DNA from: a virus
Length of the DNA: 64,000 nt
Direction: 5' to 3' (one strand)
IMG/VR virus record: IMGVR_UViG_3300014962_000004
Location: 1-64,000 of that record
The notes under the pieces were generated by a model. It saw only the letters and a list, made by a program, of their open reading frames with translations, searched no databases and had not been told where the DNA came from. Position numbers and translations under genes: made by a program. Position 1 is the stretch's first letter; each line of letters begins with the position of its first letter. This document shows positions 16,125 through 26,077 of the stretch, in pieces.

Positions 16125-16249
16125 CAGATCCCCATGTGCTCAGACGTGATGACGACCTCGGAGCGTCGGAAGTCCGACGGCAAGATGAGCTTCTGCTGCA
16201 GATTGATCACAGCGATGTCCTCGTCGGAGAGGGCCGGATATTCACCCAT
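16124..16249 (-). CDS. 41-aa hypothetical protein
   Basis: MGEYPALSDEDIAVINLQQKLILPSDFRRSEVVITSEHMGI, TGATG-coupled at both ends. Confidence 0.55.
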   Translation of the reverse strand: MGEYPALSDEDIAVINLQQKLILPSDFRRSEVVITSEHMGI

Positions 16250-16356
16250 CACTCCACCGTCCTTGCGAAGGCGCACACGAAACCGTAAACCGCTCCGAAC
16301 CACAGGGCGGCACCGAGCACGAGAACACCGGCACCGATGGTAACTTTGCGCCGCAT
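16249..16356 (-). CDS. 35-aa membrane peptide
   Basis: SD AGGAGG; MRRKVTIGAGVLVLGAALWFGAVYGFVCAFARTVE. Confidence 0.6.
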   Translation of the reverse strand: MRRKVTIGAGVLVLGAALWFGAVYGFVCAFARTVE

Positions 16357-16389
16357 GTCGACCTCCTGCTCACTGATTAGTGAGTGTGG

Positions 16390-16587
16390 TCACCACGTCA
16401 ACAGGGTCTCTGGAAATTCTTCCTCGATGGAGTCGTCGTCGATGAGCGGGGACAGCAGGCCGCGCAGCTCCATCCTCATCACCGCCGGTAGGTTGCTGGC
16501 GGCAGGAGTCCACACGTATTCCCGAACGGCAAAACCGGAAAGCGACTCGCCAGGTGTGAGGACTACGTGAAATTTGAATTGCGGCAT
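16390..16587 (-). CDS. Hypothetical protein
   Basis: Start revised to MPQFKF. Confidence 0.55.
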   Translation of the reverse strand: MPQFKFHVVLTPGESLSGFAVREYVWTPAASNLPAVMRMELRGLLSPLIDDDSIEEEFPETLLTW

Positions 16588-16609
16588 GCGTTTCTTGACA
16601 AGCAAAGCG

Positions 16610-16906
16610 TCACTCAGGCTCGCCGCTACGATCACATTCGCCCGGATCAGCTTGGACACGGCGTTCCTCTCCGTTGACTTCGACTCGGTAGCTTGCCACG
16701 TAGGCCAGTCGGTCGGGATCCGGGTAATCGGTTTCGATAATGATCCGAGTGACAGTTTCATCGGCTGCAGCCTCTCGCTGTTGCGATTCCACCAGCCGCT
16801 CGACCAGTTGGCGCTCCCGGTCGTCGATCTGCCGGATGTCTCGGCGCAGAAACCCCACCAGCGTTCCCCGTATGTCGATCTCTGCACGTGGTTGCGGATC
16901 TCTCAT
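16610..16906 (-). CDS. Hypothetical protein
   Basis: ATGA coupling. Confidence 0.65.
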   Translation of the reverse strand: MRDPQPRAEIDIRGTLVGFLRRDIRQIDDRERQLVERLVESQQREAAADETVTRIIIETDYPDPDRLAYVASYRVEVNGEERRVQADPGECDRSGEPE

Positions 16907-17316
16907 TCCCCAGCCTGGATCACCGATCCGGCGACGGTGACCTTGATGTGGGAAGGAATCTCGCCTCGTTCTTTGGTGTAAGCCTGCAGCTCAGCCAGAG
17001 TAGGAAAATCGAGCCATCCGGGTCCGGTGTAAGTCGGTATCAGAGGATCCAATCCTGCTGCCCGCGTTGCCTTTTCGCCCATGGCGCGATGATAGTCGGC
17101 AGGCTTTCCGCCGTTGGCATTCATGACGTTTAAGCAGCCGGTGTGACACAGCGCCATCGCGGCCTTGCCCTGATAGAACTGACGCTGGTCGGTCTCGCCG
17201 ATCTCCTGGCTGCACAGGAAGCACTTGTCGCTCCAATGCAGCGGAGACATTCCCGTCTCAGTGTTGAGGCCAGCCGAAAATGACTGCGCGGTAGGCTTTT
17301 TCGGAATATCGGCCAT
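16903..17316 (-). CDS. Hypothetical protein with zinc finger
   Basis: CFLC...CHTGC. Confidence 0.7.
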   Translation of the reverse strand: MADIPKKPTAQSFSAGLNTETGMSPLHWSDKCFLCSQEIGETDQRQFYQGKAAMALCHTGCLNVMNANGGKPADYHRAMGEKATRAAGLDPLIPTYTGPGWLDFPTLAELQAYTKERGEIPSHIKVTVAGSVIQAGE

Positions 17317-17786
17317 CAGTAAATGTCTTTCTTCTTGCCGGACTCTTTCAGCTCACCGGTGTTGGGGTCGATGACACCCTTGATGCCGTCGAACACGCCC
17401 TCGCGAACCTCGAACTTCTGCTTGTCGTGGTCGTAATCGAACAGCTTAGCTGTGCGACCGGTGATGATCACCTGCGGAATCCAATACAAGTTGTTGTCGT
17501 CCTCGTCATCGCTGACGGTCGGCGACTGGGCAAGCGGGAATCCCTCAGCGTCAGTCTTCTCGGTCTGCCACTCCCACAGCACGTCGCAAGTAAAACCCGC
17601 TTCGTTGATGCGCTCGGACAGCTCTTTGGCATAGCGCGCCCGGCGGGCCGCATCCTCGACCGGCGTGAGCAGCTTGCCCTCCCGGTACCGTGCCGCCATG
17701 GTGCGAGCGATGTCGCGCAACCTGTCCTTGTCGGACTCGTAGAGTTCCTTGACTTCAGGACGAAAGTTAAACTCCGCGTCGGACAT
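17316..17786 (-). CDS. Hypothetical protein
   Basis: Coupled acidic ORF. Confidence 0.75.
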   Translation of the reverse strand: MSDAEFNFRPEVKELYESDKDRLRDIARTMAARYREGKLLTPVEDAARRARYAKELSERINEAGFTCDVLWEWQTEKTDAEGFPLAQSPTVSDDEDDNNLYWIPQVIITGRTAKLFDYDHDKQKFEVREGVFDGIKGVIDPNTGELKESGKKKDIY

Positions 17787-18800
17787 TCACGCCTCCGGGA
17801 GCAAGCGCTCGCAGGTGCCGCAGCGGTGCGTGACGGCATCAGTCTGGAACGCGAGATCGCCGGACAGGTGCTGCAGCTTGAGCATGGTCTTGTAATTCAC
17901 TGAGCCGTTGGCGATCTCGGTGAAGATCTGCTGAATGTCGTAGAGCGTCGCATCCTCCGGGAGGATGTTGACGCGCTCGATGATGCGGTCCATCAGGCGA
18001 GCCGTCAGACCGTACTCACGCCCCAGCTGGTAGGCAAATCGGACCGGGCTGCCGGGCGGAAACTTGGTGGCCAGCGCGGCGTAGTCGGCAAGCTTCTGGT
18101 CGAGGTCACCCATCACCCGCTGGCACGCCCCCTCCAACTCGACGAAGATGTCGTCGATGGTATTGCCCTTGAGCCGGATGGTGCCCTCGGCTTCGGGAGA
18201 GGTGGAGCCGTTGGTGCACCACAGCCGGTGCAGGTAGGTCAGCACCTGGGGTGCCTCGACCTCGGTGGGGTTGGAGATGATGCGGACTCCGCCGTGCGTG
18301 ATGTCGCCGACGGTGCGGTCGCCGCGACGGCGATCCTCGATGCGGTCGTCCGGCGCAATCTCGACATGGTGCGGGGTGATGATGTCGATGTGGAAGCGTG
18401 TGTCGTTGCGGATCAGCTGCACGACCTCGAAGCTGGGGTCCATGGTCTCGACGATCACGTCGGCCACGCGGGCCAGCGGCAGGATCAGCAGGCCGGGCTT
18501 GTGGATGGTCACCCAGTTGTCGCCGACAGTTTCGATCACAGCGGCGGCGTTGCCCTTGCGCTGCAGCCAGTAGTTGAGGTTGGTCGCCTTGAGATCCGGC
18601 GGACACTTGGCGAGGTACGCCTTGGACACGCCGAGGTACTGGGCCAGGCTGCGCTCGGCCTGCTCGTCGAGCTGGAACTGCTCGCCGTTGGACAGCGCGA
18701 TGGTGCGGGCTTCCGGGTCGACGCTGATGTCTCCGAGGGTGGTTTCTAGAGTGCGTTCCTGTACCCCGGCGAGGTGTTCCTTGAGGTCAGCGACAAGCAT
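17787..18800 (-). CDS. DUF932-like protein
   Basis: LHRLWCTNG motif (compare RxxCxNG); start revised to MLVADLK. Confidence 0.65.
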   Translation of the reverse strand: MLVADLKEHLAGVQERTLETTLGDISVDPEARTIALSNGEQFQLDEQAERSLAQYLGVSKAYLAKCPPDLKATNLNYWLQRKGNAAAVIETVGDNWVTIHKPGLLILPLARVADVIVETMDPSFEVVQLIRNDTRFHIDIITPHHVEIAPDDRIEDRRRGDRTVGDITHGGVRIISNPTEVEAPQVLTYLHRLWCTNGSTSPEAEGTIRLKGNTIDDIFVELEGACQRVMGDLDQKLADYAALATKFPPGSPVRFAYQLGREYGLTARLMDRIIERVNILPEDATLYDIQQIFTEIANGSVNYKTMLKLQHLSGDLAFQTDAVTHRCGTCERLLPEA

Positions 18801-18861
18801 GGGTGCTCCGTTTCTGTGGGCGGACTGCGTTCCGGCGTGGGCCAGACTACACCACGGGAAG

Positions 18862-21800
18862 CTAGTTTCCGGTGATCGCCGCGAGGATTTTCTGCAGCTG
18901 CTCGGCAAGGTTTTCGATTGCATCTTCGAGCGCGCCGACGGCGGTCGTCACGAAGTCCAGCGGGGCGGGGACGGCGCTGGTTCCGGTCAGCCCGGTGCCG
19001 CCGGTGATCTGCCGGAGCACGCTCTCGAACGCGGCACCCGCGTCGGCGGAAACCCCGTCGGTGATCGCCAGCTTCTGCAAGAAGTCGGTGACCTGACCCT
19101 TAATCTTGCCGTCGGTGTCGGTGATTTCCTGGCCGGTGATGAGATACACAGCGTCGCCGATGAGGCCGGTGACGGTGTCGACTACGCCGGTGCCGAGCGC
19201 AACCACACCGCCACTGACCGCTGTAATGACTTTGGTGAACAACGCGATGATCTCGGTCAGGCCGGTCGGCAGCAGCGCGGTGTCTACGGTGGTGGCCGTC
19301 GGTGCCACGCCGGACTTCTGTGCGGGCTTGGGGTCGGGCTGGAAGATTGACCACTTCGTCACCAGCGTCGATGTCGAATTCTGCAGCGAGACTTCAACTT
19401 TCGGGTTGGTGCCGTTGAACAGCCGGTAAGAGTAATAGTTCAGGACGGCGTAGTCCTCAGTGATGACGACGGTGAACTGGGATGCCGACTGCGCGGTGAC
19501 GTTGAAATTCTTGACCGTCTTGAATGAAGCGATGGCCCGGCGGATGTTGTCGGCGGTGGTGGCCGAGGAGGTCGAGAGGGTGATCGGCTCGCTGACGTGG
19601 CCGTCGTGGATGAGCCTGAACTTGCCCGAGGTCGGAGATCCGGAGATGGTGATCTGGTAGGTGTTGACGTTGACCCGGCTGGTGGTGACGAATGGGAATC
19701 CCTGGCGGGTGCGCGGCGCGCGGTCGGTGGCGAATGCCCACGACCAGTTCTGCGACTGCGTGGGTTCGGGGGTGTACGGGGTGAACGTGTAGCCGGAGCC
19801 GTGTGGGACGGCGATGGCTTTGTCGCGTCCGGAGGCCATCACCGCGATGTCGGCGGTGGACTGGTTGTGAATGGTGTAGGGCATGTAGGCGACCGGGTCT
19901 GTTGAGGTCGACGACAACAGCGCCGGAGCGGCGAATGACAGCGCCAATGGCGCTCCGGCCAGCTGGGGAGAACCAAGTCCGAACAAGGCGTTGATGAGGT
20001 TCTGGAAGCCATTGGTGACCTGGCTGATGAGCGCGTCGACCGGGCTGGTGATGGTGGTGTAGAGGGTGTCGGCCAGGGTGGTGATGGTGCCGACGATGTC
20101 GGCTGAGCCGCCGGTGATGAGGTTGAGGATGTTGGCCAGATTCTCCGCCGGGGTGCCGTAGTCGCCGGGGAGGTCGACCAGACCGCCGGAGATCAGGTTG
20201 AGGAATTGGTCGACCGCCCCGAGCACCAGATTGCCGGTGTCGCCGACCACGCCGGTGAGGGTGCGGGTGGCTTGCTCCAGCAGGGTGGCCACAGTGCTGG
20301 CTATGAACGCGCCAGTCTTGATCGCTCCGCTGGTGATGCCGTTGACGATGTTCTTGAATTCTTCGAGCAGCGAGTCGATGAGCGTCTGCCGGTCGTCGTT
20401 GACGATGGTGCACATGGCGGTGTCGTCGTCAATGTCGGCGTTGACCGAATCAGACAGCGTGACGTAGAAGGTCTCGTCCGGCTCGTAGTGAAAGTCGCTG
20501 CGAACAGTGACGGTGATCTGTTGGGAAATAATTCCGGGCGCAAACGTGAGGGTTCCGGATGCTGCGACGAAATCCTGTCCGGCAGAAGCTGTTCCGGCTT
20601 GAGTGCCGGTGGTGTAGCTGACCGTGACCTCGTCAGAGGTTGACGACGACAGGGTGACCCGGAAAACGACGGTGGCGTTTCCGAGGTTGCCTTCTTTGAC
20701 AGTTGCGTCTTCGATACTGAGGGTGGGCGCGAAGCTGATGGGCGCGTCTGGAACTTGGATTGCGCCTTCGGTCGTGATGGTGGTGCCGACCACTTTGGCG
20801 GTCGGTGGCAGGATGAGGGTGTGCGGTCCGGTTCCGGTGAGAACCTGGACGTGATCGCTGAACTCATCGAGGTAGCTCACGCCGGACGTGGTGGGGATGA
20901 TTCCGTAACCGGGGGTGAGCGGGATCTGCGGCTGCAGGTAGCTTCCGCCGTTCTGGTACGTCGAAGTGCTGGGGGCGATGGGGTAGGTGAAACCGTGCGG
21001 CTTCCAGCTCTGCTCCACTTTTCGACTGACGTAAGTGGTGGATTTCCAGGACGCTTCCGGGGCAAGCGCCGCCTGGCTGGTGCCGAGGCTTGCCACTCCT
21101 GGTGATCCGGTGTTTCCGGTTCCGGTGAGGATCCCGGTGATGGCGCGGATGAGATCTTCGAGGAACTTGACCGGATTGAGCGTAACGAGGTCGTTGCCCA
21201 GACCCAGGATGGTGTTAATGGTGCCCTGAAGGTAACTCTGCGCCGTCTCAACGGCCTGCGACACACTGGATCCGGTGATTGCCTGAAAGATGTTCTGCAA
21301 CAACGTGGCCGGGTCAGTGACTTGTTGCACGACCCCGGTGATGGCGTTGATGAACTCGCCGACCAGACCGGTGACGACTTCGGTGACAGTTCCGGCCTGA
21401 CCGGTGATGATGAAAGCGGCCTGGCTGAACAGATCGCTAAGCGAGCTGATCACGCCGGAGGTGGTGCGGATGAAGCCGTTGACGATGCCGCCCAGCAGCG
21501 CATTGATGCGGGCTACGATGGCGGCAAGCAGGGACTGCACGGTGACCGGCACGGTGTCGGACAGTGAAACCGAGCCGAGAGTTGCGCCGGTGGTGGGGTT
21601 GATGACGATTAACGTGTTGTCCTGAGCATTGGTTGCGTACAGCTTGCCGTTGTTCAGGAAGATTTGAACCGCGCCCAAATCGGTTCCGGTGCAGAAGGTT
21701 TGAGAAACCGTGGTGACTGGGTTCTCAATGGTGGCAGGATCCAAGACAGAGATCGTGTCGGCGGTGTTGGCGAGGTAGATCTTGTCGGATCCGGCCAGCA

Positions 21801-23265
21801 GTGTCAGTCCGATGTTAGGGATCGGAGACAGGTCGAAGACGCGGTTGGTGGTGGTGCTGATGCCCAACACACGGTCGGTTCCGCCGACGTAAAGGTTGTC
21901 GTCTTTGCGAGTGATGATGGTGGGAGAATCCTGGCCACCGAGCGGGATGTTCTTGATGACCTTGTTGGTGGTTGTGTTGATCACCGACACCGTTTTGCTT
22001 CGCTGATTGGCGACATAAAGCCGAGATCCGGATGAGTTGAGGACAATCCCGAAAGGCTTTTCTCCGACGGTGATCGAGCTGACCGCTTTGTTCTTGTCAG
22101 TGTCGATGATTGAGATGGTGTTGGTGTCAGATTGCGCGACGTACAGCGCCGCCTGGGTGGGATGGAACACCATGTCGCTGGAAGTCTTGCCGACCAAAAT
22201 CTCGGCAACGATCTTGTACTCTTTGGCCGGGTCGTGCACGGTGATGCTGTTGGTGGTTCGGTTCATCACGTAAATCTTGTCGGCGTGGAACGCCAGCGCC
22301 CACGGTCCGTTGCGTGTGGTGAAACTGCCGACGGCAGTGGGCTTGGCCGGATCGGTTACGTCGATGATTTTGACTTTGTTGGCTTTGTAGTCGGCGACGT
22401 AAGCCTTCTTGCCGTCCGGGCTGACGGCGAGCGCCAGCCGGGCATCACCGGAGTTGAGGGTGGCCGGTTGGGTCGTCTTGGACGTGGCCATCAGGTAGTA
22501 GGTGTCGCGGTAGCGGGCCATTGAGCACGGCCCGTCGGCGGGCAGCTCGACACCTTTCTCGTCGACGATCCCGGCCATCTGATCGCGATTGGAATTCCAG
22601 CTGCCGGATCCCCAGAACAGCCAGTCCGGGGTGGGGCTGGCATCCGGATTCAGGCCGATGCGTCCCCAGTTCTTGCGGCCCACGGTGAGCTTGCCGGTGG
22701 GGCTTGCCCCGAACACCCAGAGGTACCGGATGTCGACGAACAGACCCAGGCTGAGGTCGCCGGGCACAAACTCTTCGCCGAGCAGTGTGATGCCGGTGTA
22801 GGGGTTGACGCGGAAGTTCTGCAGCAACGCCTGGGTGGTGTCTGCGTCGGCGGAAGTCTTGTAGGTACTCAGGGTGAACAAGTATTCGCCCCGGCTGGCG
22901 GCGGCGACCAGGGTGCGCGGGCCGGGCAGCTCGGACGGGATCAGGGTGACCTTGTCGATCTGGCCGGTCTTCAGGCCGATGGGTGCCCAGCACGGTGCTG
23001 TTGACAGGCTGTAGTCGCTATACAGCAGCACGCCGTTGATCGTGACCGGGGACAGGGTGGCGTTGGTGAGTCGCCGGGAGAACAGGGCCAGGTATCTGCC
23101 GTCCGGCATCGGGTGAAACCAGATGGGCTGAGCAGCGGCGAGGGTGGCGGGATCGTAAATAATGCCGGAGCGCGGGGCCTTCTGGTCGCGAGAGGCGGTG
23201 ACGACACTCATCCCATGCTCGTCTATGGACGACGGGATGACTTGGAGCGTCGCTTCGGTGGCCAC
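18862..23265 (-). CDS. Large multidomain putative virion/adhesin protein (YVTN beta-propeller, Calx-beta domain, helical repeats)
   Basis: Repeats such as PDGKKAYVAD and SGSRLYVANQRSKTVSVINT; Calx-beta-like LSIEDATVKEGN...FRVTLS...GQDFVAASGTLTFAPG...EPDETFYVTLS. Confidence 0.8.
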   Translation of the reverse strand: MATEATLQVIPSSIDEHGMSVVTASRDQKAPRSGIIYDPATLAAAQPIWFHPMPDGRYLALFSRRLTNATLSPVTINGVLLYSDYSLSTAPCWAPIGLKTGQIDKVTLIPSELPGPRTLVAAASRGEYLFTLSTYKTSADADTTQALLQNFRVNPYTGITLLGEEFVPGDLSLGLFVDIRYLWVFGASPTGKLTVGRKNWGRIGLNPDASPTPDWLFWGSGSWNSNRDQMAGIVDEKGVELPADGPCSMARYRDTYYLMATSKTTQPATLNSGDARLALAVSPDGKKAYVADYKANKVKIIDVTDPAKPTAVGSFTTRNGPWALAFHADKIYVMNRTTNSITVHDPAKEYKIVAEILVGKTSSDMVFHPTQAALYVAQSDTNTISIIDTDKNKAVSSITVGEKPFGIVLNSSGSRLYVANQRSKTVSVINTTTNKVIKNIPLGGQDSPTIITRKDDNLYVGGTDRVLGISTTTNRVFDLSPIPNIGLTLLAGSDKIYLANTADTISVLDPATIENPVTTVSQTFCTGTDLGAVQIFLNNGKLYATNAQDNTLIVINPTTGATLGSVSLSDTVPVTVQSLLAAIVARINALLGGIVNGFIRTTSGVISSLSDLFSQAAFIITGQAGTVTEVVTGLVGEFINAITGVVQQVTDPATLLQNIFQAITGSSVSQAVETAQSYLQGTINTILGLGNDLVTLNPVKFLEDLIRAITGILTGTGNTGSPGVASLGTSQAALAPEASWKSTTYVSRKVEQSWKPHGFTYPIAPSTSTYQNGGSYLQPQIPLTPGYGIIPTTSGVSYLDEFSDHVQVLTGTGPHTLILPPTAKVVGTTITTEGAIQVPDAPISFAPTLSIEDATVKEGNLGNATVVFRVTLSSSTSDEVTVSYTTGTQAGTASAGQDFVAASGTLTFAPGIISQQITVTVRSDFHYEPDETFYVTLSDSVNADIDDDTAMCTIVNDDRQTLIDSLLEEFKNIVNGITSGAIKTGAFIASTVATLLEQATRTLTGVVGDTGNLVLGAVDQFLNLISGGLVDLPGDYGTPAENLANILNLITGGSADIVGTITTLADTLYTTITSPVDALISQVTNGFQNLINALFGLGSPQLAGAPLALSFAAPALLSSTSTDPVAYMPYTIHNQSTADIAVMASGRDKAIAVPHGSGYTFTPYTPEPTQSQNWSWAFATDRAPRTRQGFPFVTTSRVNVNTYQITISGSPTSGKFRLIHDGHVSEPITLSTSSATTADNIRRAIASFKTVKNFNVTAQSASQFTVVITEDYAVLNYYSYRLFNGTNPKVEVSLQNSTSTLVTKWSIFQPDPKPAQKSGVAPTATTVDTALLPTGLTEIIALFTKVITAVSGGVVALGTGVVDTVTGLIGDAVYLITGQEITDTDGKIKGQVTDFLQKLAITDGVSADAGAAFESVLRQITGGTGLTGTSAVPAPLDFVTTAVGALEDAIENLAEQLQKILAAITGN

Positions 23266-23323
23266 TGTTGCCCTTCCTGCTACTACCTCTTGTGGCCGGT
23301 CCTAGACGGCTTTACAGGGGTGC

Positions 23324-24094
23324 TCAGTCCTCGCCCAGAGTGTCGTTGGCATCCGAGGACAGAATCGGGTCGTAGCCGACATCGTCGTCGTCCTCGTCGT
23401 CGTCGATCACGTCGGCCTCGACAATGTCGTCCCGGACGGTGCCGCGCAGCTCGTCGATGCGGTCGGAGATCTGCGCCATGAGGGCAGGCGGCACCACGTC
23501 GCGGACGGCCTGCTGCAGCATGGCCACGTCCCGGCGCATCTGAGCGATCTGCTCTTCGACCGCGCCGTCGCGCTGCAATTCTTCGAGCTTGAGCTGCGCC
23601 TTGAGGCCGGTTTCGTAGTCGACGACCGTGTCCTCGGCGACCAGGTGCTCGAAGCCTTTTTGCGCGACAATGTCCAAGTACGCCATGCCGGTCAGGAGGT
23701 GCGCCGCCGCGTCGCCCAGCTCGTCGGCAACCTGGGCCTTGCGCCGTTCGAGGATCCGGCGGCGGGCGGCGTTAGCCGGATCCTGGGTGTTGAAGTGCCG
23801 CTCGGAGTGCCGCAGGATAGACCAGTAGGTGATCTGGTTCTTCTTGCTCCGCTTGGCGTTGAGGTCTTCGACGTACTCGACGATCTCGCCGACCTTCATC
23901 CCGTAGGCCAGCAGCCGGTTAACCCGGCTACGCGACTCAGGATCCTGGCAGACCCGGCACCGGTGCTCCGGCAGCGGACGATCCCGGTTTTCGCGCCGGA
24001 TCGCGGCGACCTCGCGGTTGATCTCCGCATCGAGCTGGCGACCGGTCAACCCGCCTGCGGCCAATACCCGGCGGGGTGGGCGCGGTTCGGTCAT
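23324..24094 (-). CDS. Hypothetical protein (CxxC...H, possible HTH, acidic tail)
   Basis: CRVC...RHSERH; coiled coil. Confidence 0.75.
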   Translation of the reverse strand: MTEPRPPRRVLAAGGLTGRQLDAEINREVAAIRRENRDRPLPEHRCRVCQDPESRSRVNRLLAYGMKVGEIVEYVEDLNAKRSKKNQITYWSILRHSERHFNTQDPANAARRRILERRKAQVADELGDAAAHLLTGMAYLDIVAQKGFEHLVAEDTVVDYETGLKAQLKLEELQRDGAVEEQIAQMRRDVAMLQQAVRDVVPPALMAQISDRIDELRGTVRDDIVEADVIDDDEDDDDVGYDPILSSDANDTLGED

Positions 24095-24110
24095 CGACGG
24101 CCTCCTGGGA

Positions 24111-24377
24111 TTAGTCGTCGCTGGGTCGTCGACCCGGCCTGGCCCCCGCCAGCGGGCTGTAGGCCCGCCGGTAGAGACCTTGCCGGATAGAGGGATCCGG
24201 CACCCCGTTGGAATTGAGCACCTCGCGGGCTTGCCGCAAATTCAACTGCTCTTCGGTGAGATAATCTTTCTTTTCGGACAACGCGGTGATTCCGCGTCGA
24301 CCTTCGCGCAATATCGCGTTGGCTTGTTCTTCGAGATCCGCATTGATTCCGCTGTACAAATTGCTCAGCATGGACAT
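24111..24377 (-). CDS. Hypothetical protein
   Basis: ORF in the gene series. Confidence 0.65.
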   Translation of the reverse strand: MSMLSNLYSGINADLEEQANAILREGRRGITALSEKKDYLTEEQLNLRQAREVLNSNGVPDPSIRQGLYRRAYSPLAGARPGRRPSDD

Positions 24378-24430
24378 CCGGTCGGTGATCCTTCACCTCA
24401 GATGCCACTTCGGCATATCTAGACTGTAGG

Positions 24431-24961
24431 TCAGGCACCGTCGTCTCCGGTGTCTGAATCGGTTGACTTCAACCGTTCTTCAGGAACGCTACATCCTGAT
24501 TCAGAGGCAGCTGTAAATTCTTGTGATTTCGGCGTGTCTTCACAGGGTTTCTTGCGGCGCTTGCGCCGGGCGGCGGCGGGATTCCAGGTGCCGTTCTGCT
24601 TCGCGTCGTAGGCGGCAATCATCTTTTTGAGGCCGTCGTCGCTGTATTGCTGGACCGGCGTGCTCCACCGGCTGTTCGGCAGCAGGATGGCGGTGGCGGC
24701 GGACTCGGTGTAGCCGCGCAGGCAAATCAGCTCGAAAGCCTGACGCTGGCGCAGCGGCAGGATGTCGATGCCGGTCATCAGGTCGCCAATGTAGATTTCC
24801 TCGCCGTCCACGCACAGAATGTCGTCGACCTCGCCGGTTTCACGCAGCGACTGCCAGTGGTAATAGTTCTGATATATCCGCTTGAATAATTGAATGCGGC
24901 GTTTGGACGACGAATACTCACCGTCCTTATCGGGGTCATACGAAGGGAGTCTTCTTCCCAT
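24431..24961 (-). CDS. Sigma-70 region-4-like HTH regulator
   Basis: IDILPLRQRQAFELICLRGYTESAATAIL. Confidence 0.65.
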   Translation of the reverse strand: MGRRLPSYDPDKDGEYSSSKRRIQLFKRIYQNYYHWQSLRETGEVDDILCVDGEEIYIGDLMTGIDILPLRQRQAFELICLRGYTESAATAILLPNSRWSTPVQQYSDDGLKKMIAAYDAKQNGTWNPAAARRKRRKKPCEDTPKSQEFTAASESGCSVPEERLKSTDSDTGDDGA

Positions 24962-25670
24962 TCTTGCTCTCCTCGATCCGCCAATACCGGACTCGCTCTA
25001 AGACCCGGCAAAAGTTGTCGATCTCGGCCAGAAAAGTTTTGGCACTGCTCCACAGGTAGAAGCAAAAGAATGCGTGATACTTATCCTGGCGCGTTTTACG
25101 GGAAGCATACGCGTTTCGACCCGGAATTGTTTCTTCCACCAATTCCGAATATGCGTCTTGAAATTGGTCGTCGTGGATGTGCTTGGCAAACACGGCTTCG
25201 AGCAGCAGCTCATTGACTTTGGGGGCGATTTCCAGCTTGACCCGACTGAGGTTGAGAAGGCACTGTTCGATGTCCTGCCCGGTCATCTGATCCCAGCGTT
25301 CGATCTCTTTGCCGCGCTCGTCCTTGAGCCAGACGATGCGCCCCTGCCGGTCGCGCACCACCATGCCGGTTTCGGGATCCTGTTCAGGCACCCGCAGTTC
25401 GGCATAGAATGCGTCGATGACCGCCTTTGCGTCATCGAACATGTTGCCCATGATGGTGTCGACGGCACCTCGGATCCGGTCCAGCTGCGACTCTTCGTCG
25501 GCCCGCCAGCGGAACGTGATCTTGGCGAAGATGGACTTTGACTCGGCCAGCATCACCGGCTCTTCGTCGATGAACGGCACGCCCTCGGCGACAACCTTTT
25601 CGATCCACTCGTTCTGCATCTGCCGGGCGACGGTCTTGGCCATGTCGCCCTCGTGTTCCCAGCCGCTCAC
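24936..25670 (-). CDS. Hypothetical protein
   Basis: Coupled ORF in the recombination operon. Confidence 0.75.
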   Translation of the reverse strand: MSGWEHEGDMAKTVARQMQNEWIEKVVAEGVPFIDEEPVMLAESKSIFAKITFRWRADEESQLDRIRGAVDTIMGNMFDDAKAVIDAFYAELRVPEQDPETGMVVRDRQGRIVWLKDERGKEIERWDQMTGQDIEQCLLNLSRVKLEIAPKVNELLLEAVFAKHIHDDQFQDAYSELVEETIPGRNAYASRKTRQDKYHAFFCFYLWSSAKTFLAEIDNFCRVLERVRYWRIEESKNGKKTPFV

Positions 25671-26077
25671 AGCCCGCTCACTTTGATGGTCACGCCGGGC
25701 TGCTCCCCCTCTTCGGCGATGCGCTTGGTGCCAATCAGCTCGGTGATGAGCGAATCTTCGGCGTACACCGTGCCCTTGAGCGCGTCGCCGATGGCGCGCA
25801 GCAACTTGTCCAGATCGGGCTTCTTGGTGGCGGGCGGAGTGGGAGGCCGTTTGGGTGTCGAGGCCGGACGTTTCATGACGAAGTCACACCGCATCCGCAC
25901 CGCTCCGGTGAACAGTTCCCGGCCCTTCATCTTCTCGGCGGCGAAGACTTTCACGTCCGAGCGCCACGGCTTCACCCCGGCAGCGGATTCGACCAGTGAC
26001 ACCTTGCCGTTGGCCGACACGAATCCGCGTTTAGATCCCTGTGGCTGGGGTATGCCTGGAACGAAAAACTCGATCAC
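25667..26077 (-). CDS. rusA: RusA-like Holliday junction resolvase
   Basis: VPGIPQPQGSK, KPDLDKLLRAIGDAL and EDSLI motifs; start revised to GTG 26077. Confidence 0.88.
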   Translation of the reverse strand: MIEFFVPGIPQPQGSKRGFVSANGKVSLVESAAGVKPWRSDVKVFAAEKMKGRELFTGAVRMRCDFVMKRPASTPKRPPTPPATKKPDLDKLLRAIGDALKGTVYAEDSLITELIGTKRIAEEGEQPGVTIKVSGL

